Below, one piece after another: positions 18,483 through 30,300 of a stretch of DNA of 31,643 bases; position 1 is the first letter of the stretch, and the number at the start of each line of letters is the position of its first letter. The DNA lies in assembly GCF_004010195.1 (NCBI RefSeq), contig NC_057758.1, positions 3,375,881-3,407,523 on the forward strand, read 5' to 3'. Source of the stretch: Chiloscyllium plagiosum (taxonomy: Eukaryota). A model generated the notes under the pieces. The model made no database searches. It was given only the letters and a program-made list of their open reading frames with translations, and was not told the origin of the DNA. The position numbers and the translations under genes are program-made.

Positions 18483-18889
18483 TTGCTCTTTGTTGTTCAT
18501 GGTTACAGATTCCAGCATCTTCAGTGATTTGCTCCACCAATCGGTAATGGTTTTGCAGGAATGCGGGAAGGTTTGGGGAATTTTGGACGGGGCTGGGGAA
18601 TGGCTGGGACGGCACCTGAAGGGTCAAAGTTTGGTGCAGGGGGATGGCGGGGTGAAGTTGAGCACTGTCCTTCGGCCCCGCACAGGGAGATTGCGCCTCC
18701 TGGAGGAGCCAGATCCAGGCATCAGGAATAGAAGGCCAAATTGTGAAAGGAGCGCGGACCAAGTATTCCCCAGCTCCACTCCCCTCACAGCTTCCACAGA
18801 AGAGTATTGGGAATGAAGGAATGGTAAATGAGGAGGGAATAGGCGGAATGCAGAAATCTGAGTGTCCTGAGTAGATATAGAAGGGGTTA

Positions 18890-19205
18890 ATGTAGGGACA
18901 GGAGAAGGCTACAGCAATAGTGAGGGGGTGTAGGGGCTGGTGCAGGTTACAGTGATAGGGAGGAGATGAAAGTGCTGGTGAGGGTTACAGAGACTGGGAG
19001 GGGATACAGGGGCTGGTGGGGTTTACAGAGACCGGGAGGGGATACAGGGGCTGGTGGGGGGTGACAGAGACTCGGAGGGGATACAGTGGCTGGTGGGGGG
19101 GTGACAGAGAACCGGACGGGTTCACAGATGGAATGGGGTTTTGGGGCAGGAGGGAGTCACTGAGGCGGGAAGAGGCTTAGCAGCTGGAGGGGGCACAGAC
19201 GGAGG
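18890..19205. repeat. G-rich minisatellite, ~36-37-bp unit
   Basis: ACAGAGACYGGGAGGG(G)ATACAGGGGCTGGTGGGG repeated clearly at ~18987, ~19025 and ~19064, and degenerately on the flanks. Confidence 0.85.
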
Positions 19206-19573
19206 CTCACAGATTGAGGGCAATTGGTGAGAGACTCAGAGGGGCACACAGAGTGTGGGCCAGACGTGGATTGAAATTGCCCCTTGCCACCATCCGCAAA
19301 CACCCGTTGAGCAGGAAAGGCCCAGGCTTCATCCAGGGCCTAGTGCTGCATGTGGGACCGTATGGGTGAACGATGCACCGTGCAGTCGACCAGCCAGTCC
19401 GCCCATGTGACAGCGTGCCCACTGAGGGGGTGGGGCTGAGAGAAAATCAAACCAAACGTTGACCAACAGTTTCCGATTGCCATCCCTTCATCAAATCCGT
19501 TTGGAAATATTGCCACTACCCTTGTTAACTCATTTGATGTCGAGTTCTGGTTGTTGATATTTCTTGGACTGAC

Positions 19574-19620
19574 AATAAAGCCTTTATTTTGCTCACATTG
19601 TGAGTGGTTTTTGTTCCTTG
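19574..19620 (+). terminator. Candidate polyadenylation signal
   Basis: AATAAA at 19574-19579, CA dinucleotides ~15 nt later, then GT/T-rich TGTGAGTGGTTTTTGTT. Confidence 0.35.
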
Positions 19621-20265
19621 ACATTCACAACATTCCTGAGGTCTTGTGTTGGCCCCAGGCCTTAGGGTTGGCCGGGGTGGTGGTGGGGGGGGGGGGGTAG
19701 GGGGATGGGCACCCAGTCTGTTTGTATTTTGTACAAAGCTCTCTGTCTCTCCCCCTGCCTCCCCTACGCCCACAGCTAACAACTTTCCAGTCACAATGCC
19801 TGCCCCTATCCGACACCTTCTCCACTGTGGATGTGTGTGAGAGAGAGAGACAGAGTCGGGTGTGTCTGTCAGTCTTTGTGTGAGGCTGTGTGAAAGTGTG
19901 TCTTTGAGTGATTGTTTTCACTGAATGTTTGCCTGTGTGATGGTTTTCGCTTTGTCTTTCTGCATGCAGGTGTATGTCTTTGCACGCCTCTCCTCCATCA
20001 GTGTGTGTTTGAGTGTGTATGTCCATGTGTGCGCGTTTGGTGGGGGACTTTTCTCGGGTTTTTTTTGTCGAATTTCTTGCGTGCCTGCGTATCTGTGGCA
20101 AGGTGGAGGAGGAAACAGGGATGTGTTGCCTCAATGACGGACTGACCCACGCGTAGCCATGATTGTGAATTTCAGGAATGATCCGAAAGGGAGTCACAAG
20201 TGATTCAGTCAGACTGCAGACTCACTGATCAAACACAGGCCCATCCCTCCCCTCCCCCACCACCG

Positions 20266-20299
<34 letters not shown>

Positions 20300-20500
20300 G
20301 AGTGTTTCTCTCTCTGTCTGTGTTTTTCTCTCTCTCTGTCTCTCTCTCTCTCTCTGTGTCTCTCTGTGTCTGTGTTTCTCTGTCTCTCTGTTTCTCTGGT
20401 TCTCTCTCTCTGTCTGTCTGTCTCTCTCCCTCTCTTTCTCTCTTTGTCTGTCTCTCTCTGTATTGTCTGTCTGTCTCTCTGTCCTAATTTCTCTTGTCTC
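20266..20500. repeat. (CT)n/(CTGT)n compound microsatellite
   Basis: Directly visible. Confidence 0.95.
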
Positions 20501-20615
20501 TCCTGGACTCATCAAGCCCTACAGCACAGAAAATGGCCCATCAAGTTTGTGCTAGTTGAAACAATTCCCTACTTTTCTCTAATCCCATTTTCCAGCACTT
20601 GGCTCATAGTCTTAA

Positions 20616-22195
20616 CATAGAAAATTCAACACAGTACAGCCCTTTGGCCCTCAATTGTCCACTGACCTGTGGAACTAATCTGAAGCCTATAGAACCTATA
20701 CTATTCCATTTTCTTCTATATGTCTATCCAATGACTGTTTAAATACCCTTAAACCTGGCAAAACTATTACTGTTGCAGGCAGACCATTCGATGCCGCTAC
20801 TACTCTGAGTAAAGAAACTACCTCTGACACCTGTCCTATATCTATTACCCCTTAATTTAAAGCTATATCCCCTCGTGCTAGCCATCACCTTCTTAGGAAA
20901 AAGGCTCTCACTGTTCAACCCATCCTTCCTTCAGATTATCTTATATGTCTCAATTAAGTCGCCTCTCAACCTTCTTCTCTCTAACGAAAACAGTCTCAAA
21001 TCCCTCAACCTTTCCTCTGCCTCCCCTCCATACCAGGCAACATCCTCATAAATCTCCTCTGCACCCTTTCCAAAACTTCCACATTCTTCCGATAATGCGG
21101 TGACCTGAACTGTACGCAATATTCCAGGTTAGGCTGCACCAAGGTTTTCTTCAGCTGCAACATCACCTCGTGGCTCCAGCACGCAATCCCTCTACCAATA
21201 AAAGCTAACACACTTAACAACCCTATCAACTGAGGTGGCTACGCTCAGGGATCTATGCACATGGATAACAAGATCTCTCTGTTCATCTACACTACCAAGA
21301 ATCTTACCATTAGCTCAGTACTCTTTATTCTTTATTCTTCCAAAGTGAATCACCTCACACTTTTCCACATTAAACTCCACCTGCTCCCTCTCAGTCCAGA
21401 TCTGCAGCTTACCTATATCCCTCTGTAACCTGCAAAATCCTTTGGCACTATCCACAACTCCACTGACCATAGTGTCACCTGCAAGTTTATTACTCCAACC
21501 TTCTATGCCCACATCCAAATCATTGGTAAAAATGACAAGCAGCAGTGACCCCAAAACAGATCCTTGTGGGACACCAATAGTAACTAAACTCCAGGATTAC
21601 CATTTCCCATCAACTACCACCCTCTCTGTCTTCTTTCAGCAGCCAATTTCTGATTCAAAGCACTAAATCCCCTTAATCCCATGCCTCTGTATTTTCTGCA
21701 ATAACCTACCATGGGGAACCTTATCAAACGCCTTACTGAAATCCATATACACCACATCAACTGGTTTACTCTCAAAGTTTGGTCACCATCTCAAAGAACT
21801 CAATAACGTTTGTGAGGCACGACTTACCCTTCATAAAACCATGTTGACTATCCCTAAGCAAATTATTCCTTTGTAGAGGATAAGGATCCTCTCTTATAAC
21901 CCTTTTGAACACTTTACCAACAATCAAAGTAAGGTTGACTGGTCTATAATTATCAGGGTTGTCTCTACTCCCCTTCTTGAACAAGGGGACAATATCTCCC
22001 ATCCTCTCGTCTTCTGGTAGTATTCCTGTAGACAATGCTGACGTTAAAGATCAAAGCCAAAGGCTCTGCAATCTCCTCCCTGGCTTCCCAGGGAATCCTA
22101 GGATCAATCCCATCCAGCTCAGGGGACTTATCAATGTTCACACTCCCAAGAACTGCTAACACCTCGTCCTTGTGAACCTCAATCTTGTCTAGCTT
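20616..22195 (-). mobile_element. CR1-type LINE, ~1.6 kb, 5'-truncated RT pseudogene
   Basis: Fragments DKSPELDGIDPRI, IVPLFKKGSRDNPDNYRPVNLT, QHGFMKGKSCLTNVIEFF, NDLD...KLAGDT, LEYCVQF, RRRLRGDLIETYKI. Confidence 0.95.
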
Positions 22196-22267
22196 TGTGT
22201 GCTTTGACATTGCAAGAAGACCTCAGGCGATTTTTAAAATGGTCAGAGGGTTTCTGCCTCTCCTGTG

Positions 22268-22556
22268 GGATGGTATGGTGGCTCAGTGATTAGCACTGCT
22301 GCCTCACAGTGCCAGGGACCCGGGTTCCAGCCTCGGGCAACTGTCTGTGTGGAGTTTGCATGGTCTGCCCGTGTCTGGGTGTGAATTGGCCATACTAAAT
22401 TGCCCGTAGTGTCGAGGGGTGTGTGGATTAGGTGCATTCGTCATGGGTAAATATAGGATAATAAGGTAGGGGAATGGGTCTGGGTGGGTTACTCTTCGGA
22501 GGGTTGGTATGTGGACATGTTGGGCCGAAGGGCCTGTTTCCACACTGCGGGGATTC
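22268..22556 (+). mobile_element. HE1-type V-SINE (internal deletion)
   Basis: TGGTGGCTCAGTGATTAGCAC A box, partial V-domain and a 3' GGGCCGAAGGGCCTGTTTCCACACTG. Confidence 0.9.
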
Positions 22557-23640
22557 CAAGATTTCACCTTCACAGGCAGCAAGTTCCAGATTACCACCAC
22601 CTTCTGTTTGAGAAACGTTTATCCTCCCCTTCCCTCTCAACCTTCTGTCCCTTCCCTTCTGTCTACAGCGCACTCCCCCTCCCTCTCCCACCAGCGACTA
22701 ATCCCTCCATCAAGGGGAAATGTTTCTTGCTGTCTGCTCACCTACACCCCCTCCTCAATATCTCAATCACCTCCTCACCCTGTTCTCCCCCCCACTGCTT
22801 GAAGGCAAATAATCCCAGCCTGTCTAATCTCTCGCCAGAACCGAAACTCTCCGGCTGAGGCAACATCCTGCGAAATCTCTCTGACCCTCTCCAGCACCAT
22901 TTCATCCCTCCCCTCATGTGGATTCCAGAACTGCACACAATACTCCAGCTGTGGCCTGAATTGTTTTATCCTGTTCCAGCATCACCTCCCTGCTCCTGAA
23001 CTCGACCCCTCCGCTAATAAAGCCTGGTGTACCACATGCGTTCTTAACCACTATTCACCTGTCCTGATATCTCAAGGGACTGGTGGACATACAAACCAAG
23101 GTCCCTCTGATCCCAGGTGCTTCCCAGGGTCTCACTGTTCATCACGTATTTTCATGCCTTGTTTGTCCTGCCCAAGGACACCAGCTCAAGTTTATCGGGA
23201 TTGAATTCCATTTGCCACGGATAGCCCACCTAACCAGCCTGTTTATATCCTCTGAGGAGAAAGTGAGGTCTGCAGATGCTGGAGATCAGAGCTGAAAATG
23301 TGTTGCTGGAAAAGCGCAGCAGGTCAGGCAGCATCCAGGGAACAGGAGAATCGACGTTTCGGGGATAAGCCCTTCTTCAGGAATTTAGAAGGGCTTATGC
23401 CCGAAACGTCGATTCTCCTGTTCCCTGGATGCTGCCTGACCTGCTGCACTTTTCCAGCAACACATTTTCAGCTGTTTATATCCTCTGGTCGTCTGAGGTG
23501 ATCTTCCTCCCTATCTGCCTCCACACCATTTGTTGTGTAATGTGTGACCTTACTGATCCCCCCTCTGACATTCATGTCTCTATCGTTTATATCCCCCACA
23601 ATCAGCAGGAGGCTGACCCCTGAGGGATGCCACTGAACAC
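22557..23640 (-). mobile_element. Older CR1-type LINE fragment
   Basis: ERFRRMLP...ERLDRLGLF in ORF 22738-22938; CAGCTGGAGTATTGTGTGCAGTTCTGG on the minus strand. Confidence 0.8.
23255..23471. mobile_element. Fold-back pair of Penelope-like terminal repeats, 16-bp TSD
   Basis: Inverted arms ~23290-23377 and ~23387-23473. CTGTTTATATCCTCTG is duplicated at 23239-23254 and 23472-23487. Confidence 0.85.
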
Positions 23641-24135
23641 AGACTCTCTGTCACACTGTCTCTCTCTCTCTCCCTCTCTCTCTTTCACTGACTGTGTCTT
23701 TCTATCTCTCTGTCACTTTCCCACACTCTTACTATCTTTCTCCCTCTCACACACACTCTCTCTCTCTCCGTCTGTCTTGTCTCTTCTATTTGTATCTCCT
23801 TGTCTTTCTCTCTCTCCCCTGTCTCTCTTTCTGTCTTTCTATTGATGGTTCTTTCTCTCTGTGTGTCTCTCTATGTCTGCCTATCCCTGTCTCTCTCTCC
23901 TCTCTCTCTCTGTCTTTGTTTTTTTTTCTCTATCTCTCTCTCCTTCCATCTCTCTCTATCTTTCTCTCCCTGTCTACCTGTACCTCTATTTCTCAAACTT
24001 TCCTACACTCTATCTCTCTCTCTCCCTCGCTCTCACTATATCTGTATGTCTTGCTCTCATTTTCCCTGCCTCTCTTTATGTATCTACCTCTCTCTCTCTC
24101 TCAGTCTGACTGTTCTCCACTGCCCTCCCTCTTTC
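23640..24135. repeat. Degenerate (CT)n polypyrimidine tract
   Basis: Directly visible low-complexity sequence. Confidence 0.9.
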
Positions 24136-24370
24136 TTATCCACAACCACTGCCTCTCGGTCTGACTCTGGAATGTGAAGAATGTTGGAATTGTCTGGGGG
24201 GATCCCCCAAGGCCAGAAACAAGGAGTTTGAGCCTGAGGCCTAGCTGAGACATCAGTTCGCCAGAACGGCTGTGAGCAACAGGAGCTGGGATCCGGGGGG
24301 GGACTCCAGTTCACAAAAGAAGCTCAACGCTATCCAGGACAAAGCAAACCACTGGGACCAGGGGTCAACG

Positions 24371-27300
24371 TGTGTGGGGTACACTGTCCTTTGCCCCCTC
24401 TGGGGGTCACAGTGTGATAGATACACAGTCCTTTCCCCCCTCTGGGACTGGCGGGGTGGGGTGGGGGGGGGGGATTCGTAGTGTGATAGACACACTGTCC
24501 TTTCCACTCTCTGAGACTGTGGGTCACAATGTGATAGATACACTGTCCTTACCCCACTCTGGGGCTGGGGGGTTTCAGTGTGATAGATACACTGTCCTTT
24601 CCTCACTCTGGGACTATGGTGTCACAATGTGATGGATACACTGTCCTTCCCCCTCTCTGGGACTGAGGGGTCACAGTGTTATAGATACAATGTCCTTTCC
24701 CGCCCGTCTGGGACTGGGATTCACAGTGTGATAGATACACTATCCTTTCCCCCCTCTGGTACTGTGGGGTCACAGTGTGATAGATACACTGTCCTTAACC
24801 CTCTCTGGATGGTGGGGTCACAGTGTGATAGATGCACTGTCCTTTCCCCCATCTGGGACTGGGGTTCACAGGGTGATTGATAAACTGACCTTCCCCCCCA
24901 TCCCCCCCCCCCCCCCTTCTGGGACTGGGGGGGTCACAGTGTGATAGATACACTGTCCTTTCCCCTCTCTGGGACCGGGGGTCACAGTGTGATAGATACA
25001 CTAACCATTTCCCCCATCTGCAGCTGGGGGGGGTCACATGTGATAGATACACTGTCCTTCCTCACTCCCCAACCCCCCAACCCCAGGACTGCGGTGTCAG
25101 AGTGTGATAGATACACTGTCCTTAACTCTCTCTGGTACTGTGAGGTCACAGTGTGATAGATACACAGTCCTTTCTACCTACACTGTCCTTCCTCACTCCC
25201 CAACCCCCCAACCCCAGGACTGCGGTGTCAGAGTGTGATAGATACACTGTCCTTAACCCTCTCTGGGTCTGTGGGTCACAGTGTGATAGATACACTGTCC
25301 TTAACCCTCTCTGGGACTGTGGGGTCACAGTGTGATCGATACTCTGTCCTTTCCCCCCTCTGGGACTGGGGGGGTCACAGTGTGATAGATACACTGTCCT
25401 TTCCCCCCTCTGGGACTGGGGGCGTCACAGTGTGATAGATACACTGTGCTTTCCCCTCTCTGGGACTGGGGGTCACAGTGTGATAGATACACTGTCCTTT
25501 TTCCCCTCTGGGACTGTGGGGTCACATTGTGATAGATACACTGTCCTTTCCCCCTCTCTGTGACGGTGGGATTACAGTGTGATAGATACACTTTCCTTAA
25601 CCCTCTCTGGGACTGGGGTGTCACAGTGTGATAGATACACAGTCCTTTCCACCGTCTGGAACTGTGGGGGTCACAATGTGATAGATACACTGTCCTTACC
25701 CCCTCTGGGACTGGGGGGTTACGGTGTGATAGATACACTGACATTCCCCCTCTCTGGGACTGGGGAGGGTGACAGTGTGGTAGATACACTGTCCTTTTCC
25801 CCCTCTGTGACTGGGGGGTAACATGTGATAGATACGCTGTCCTTTCCCCCTCTCTGGGACTGAGGGGTCACTGTGTGACAGATACACTGTCCTTCGCCCC
25901 TCTGGGTTTGTGTGGTCACAGTGTGATAGATACACTGACCTTATCCCCCTCTCTGGGACTGGGGGGGTCACAGTGTGGTAGATACACTATCCTTTCCCCC
26001 TTCTGTGACCGGGGGGTAACATGTGATAGATACGCTGTCCTTTCCCCCTCTCTGGGACTGAGGGGTCACGGTGTGACAGATACACTGTCCTTTCCCCCCT
26101 CTGGGACTGAGGGGTCACAGTGTGATAGATACACTGTCCTTCCCCCATCTGGGACTGGGGCGTAAATGTGTGATAGATACATCGTCCTTTCCCCCCTCTG
26201 GGACTGGGTGTTACAGTGTCATAGATACACTGTCCTTTCCCCCCTCTAGGACTGGGGGTTTCAGTGTGATAGATGCACTGTCCTTACTCCTCTCTGGGAC
26301 TGGGACATCACATTGTGGTAGATATACTGTTCTTTTCCCCCTCTGGGACTGGGGGGTCACAGTGTGACAGATACACTGTTCATTTCCCCCATCTGGGACT
26401 GGGGGGTCACAGGGTGATTGATACACTGTCCTTCACCCCTATCCCCCTCCCCCATTCTGGGACTGGGGGGTCACAGTGTGACAGATACACTGTCTTTCCC
26501 CCCTCTGGCACTGGGAGGGGGTCACATATGATAGATACACTGTCCTTTCCGCTCTCTGGGACTGGGGGGTTACAGTGTGATAGATACACTGTCCTTACCC
26601 CTCTCTGGGAATGGGGGATTACAGTGTGATAGATACACTGTCCTTCCCCCTCTCTGGGACTGAGGGGTCATGGTGTGATAGATAAAATGTCCTTTCCCCC
26701 CTCTGGGACTGGGGTGTCACAGTGCGATAGATACACTGTCTTTCCTCCTCTCTGGGACTGGGGGTCACAGTGTAATAAATACACTGTCCTTCCCCCTCTC
26801 TGGGGGACTGAGGGGTCACAGTGTGAAAGATACACTGTCCTTTCCCCATCTCTGGGACTGGGGGAGTCACCGTGTGATAGATAAACAGTCCTTTCCCCCC
26901 TCTGGGACTGGGGGTTATAGTGTGATAGATACACTGCCCTTTCTCCCCTCTTGGACTGGGGGTTTCAATGCGATAGATGCACTGCCCTTTTCCCCCTCTG
27001 GGATTGGGGGGTCACAGTCTGATAGATACACTGTTCATTTCCCCCATCTGGGACTGGGGTTCACAGGGTGATTGATACACTGTCCTTCACCCCTATCCCC
27101 CCTCCCCCCCCATTCTGGGACTGGGGGTCACAGTGTGACAGATACACTGTCCTATCCCCCTCTGGCACTGCGAGGGGGTCACATGTGATAGATACACTGT
27201 CCTTGCCCCTCTCTGGGACTGGGGTCACAGTGTGATAGATACACTGTCCTTACCCCTCTCTGGGACTGGAAGGTTACGGTGTGATATTACACTCTCCTTT

Positions 27301-30300
27301 CCACTCTCTGGGACTGGGGGTCACAGTGTGATAGATACACTGTCCTTACCCCCCTCTGGGACTGGAGGATTACAGTGTGATAGATACACTGTCCTTCCCC
27401 CTCTCTGGGACTGAGGGTTCATGGTGTGATAGATAAAATGTCCTTTCTTGCCCGTCTGGGACTGGGATTCACAGTGTGATAGATACATTGCCGTACCCTG
27501 CCCCTGCCCCACCCCCTCTGGGACTGAGGGGTCACAGTGTGATAGACAAACTGTCCTTTCCCCCCTCTGGGACTGGGGTGTCACAGTGCGATAGATACAC
27601 TGTCTTTCCTCCTCTCTGGGACTGGGGGTCACAGTGTAATAGATACACTGTCCTTACCCCCCTCTGGGACTGGGGGGTTACTGTGCGATAGATACACTGT
27701 CCTTCCCCCTCGCTGGGACTGAGGGGTCACAGTGTGATAGATACAATGTCCTTTCCCGCCCGTCTGGGACTGGGATTCACAGTGTGATAGATACACTGCC
27801 ATACCCTCCCCCTGCCCCCTGCCCCACCCCTTCTGGGACTGATGGGTCACAGTGTGATAGATACACTGTCCTTAACCCTCTCTGGAAATGTGGGGGTCAC
27901 AGTGTGACAGATACACTGTCCGTTTCCCACTCTCCCTCTGGGAAAGGGGGGTTACAGTGTGATAGATACACTGTCCTTACCCCCCTCTGGGACTGGAGGG
28001 TCACGGTGTGAAAGGTACACTGTCCTTTTCCCCCATCTGGGACTGGGGGTTCAGGGGGTGATTGATACACTGTCCTTTCCCCCCCACCACCACACCTCTG
28101 GGACTGGGGGTCACAGTTTGATAGATTCACTGTCCTTTCCCCCGCCTGGGACTGGGGTCACAGTGTGATTGATAGACTGTCCTTCCCAACACCCCCCTCA
28201 TCTTGGATTGGGGGTCACAGTATGATAGAAACACTGTCCTTTCCCCCCTCTGGGACTGTGGGGTCACAGTGTGATAGATACACTGTCCTTTCCCCCCTCT
28301 GGGACTGTGGGGGTCACAGTGTGATAGATACACTTTCTTTTTACCCCTCTCTGGAACTGTAGGGGTCACAGTGTAACAGACACACTGTCCTTTCCCCCCT
28401 CCCCCTCTGGGACTGGGGGGTTACAGTGTGATAGATACACTGTCCTTACCCCACTGTGGGACTGGAGGGCCACGGTTTGATAGGTGCACTGTCCTTTCCA
28501 CTCTCTGGGACGGTGGGATTACAGTGTGATAGATACACTGTCCTTTCCCCTTCTCTGGGACTGGGGGTCACATTGTGATAGATTCACTGTCCTTAACCCT
28601 CTCTGGGACTGTGGGGTCACAATGTGATAGATACACTGTCCATTCCCCCTCTCTGGGACTGGGGGGTGGGGGTCACAGTGTGGGAGATACACTTTCCTTT
28701 CCCCCCTCTGTGACTGGGGGGTTACAGTGTGATAGATACACTGTCCTTACCCCCCTCTGGGACTGGAGGGCCACGGTGTGATATGTGCACTGTCCTTTCC
28801 ACTCTCTGGGACAGGGGTGGTACAGTGTGATAGATACACTGTCCTTTCCCCCCCTCTGGGACTGGGGGTCACAATGTGATAGATACACTGTCCATTCCCC
28901 CTCTCTGGGACTCGGGGGTGGTGGTCACAGTGTGGTAGATACACTTCCCTTTCCCCGCTCTGTGACTGGGGGGGGTAACATGTGACAGATACACTGTCCT
29001 TTCCACCCCCACCCCCCTCCACCTCTGGGACTGAGTGGTCACAGTGTGATAGATACACTAACCATTTCCCCCATCTGGGACTGGGGGGGTCACATGTGAT
29101 AGATACACTGTCCTTCCCCACTCCCCAACCCCGCAACCCCAGGACTCCGGTGTCACAGTGTGATAGATACACTGTCCTTAACCCTCTCTGGTACTGTGAG
29201 GTCACAGTGTGATAGATACACTGTCCTTTCCCCCCTCTGGGACTGGGGGTGTCACATGTGATAGATACACTGTCTTTTTACCCCTCTCTGGAAATGTGGG
29301 GGTCACAGTGGAACAGACACACTGTCCTTTCCCTCCTCCCACTCTGGGACTGGGGGCTTACAGTGTGATAAAAAAACTATCCTTACCCCACTCTGGGACT
29401 GGAGGGCCACGGTGTGATATGTGCACTGTCCTTTCCACTCTCTGGGACTGGGGTGTTACAGTGTTATAGATACATTATCCTTTCCCCTTCTCTGGGACTG
29501 GGGGTCACAGTGTGATAGATACACTTTCCTTAACCCTGTCTGGGACTGTGGGGTCACAGTGTGATAGATACACTGTCCTTTCCTCTCTCTGGGACGGTGG
29601 GATTACAGTGTGATAGGTACACTGTCCATTCCCCCTCTCTGGGACTGGGGGGTGGGGGTCACAGTGTGGTAGATACACTCTCCTTTCCCCCCTCTGTGAC
29701 TGGGGTGTCACAGTGTGATAGATACACTGTCCTTAACCCTCTCTGGTACTGTGAGGTCACAGTGTGATAGATACACAGTCCTTTCTACCTCTCTGGGACT
29801 GTGGGGTCACAGTGTGATAGATTCACTGTCCTTTCCCCCGTCTGGGACTGTGAGGTCACAGTGTGGACTGGGGGGGGGGGGTCACATGTGATAGATACAC
29901 TGTCCATTCCCCCTCTCTGGGACTAGGGGGTCACAGTGTGATAGATTCACTGTCCTTTCCCCTGTCTGGAACTGTGGGGGTCACAGTGTGATAGATACAC
30001 TGTCCTTACCCCCTCTGGGACTGGGGGGTTACGGTGTGATAGATACACTATCCATTCCTCCTCTCTGGGACTGGGGGGGGTCACAGTGTGGTAGATACAC
30101 TTTCCTTTTCCCCCTCTGTGACTGGGGGGTAACATGTGATAGATACACTGTCCTTTCCTCCTCTCTGGGACTGAGGGGTGACTGTGTGACAGATACATTG
30201 TCCTTCCCCCCTCTGGGTCTGTGTGGTCACAGTGTGATAGATACACTGACCTTTTCCCCCATCTGGGACTGGAAGTTCACAGTGTGATAGATACACTGTC

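Noticed and set aside
18490..18816. 108-aa ORF or exon with an acceptor at ~18508
   Set aside because: The protein is not recognisable, and the apparent acceptor CAGATTCCAGCATCTTCAGT matches the Penelope-like tail motif seen elsewhere in the window.
19625..20620. ORFs of 190, 97 and 84 aa
   Set aside because: They derive from GT/CT low-complexity tracts (THT/RER-rich) and have no domain features.
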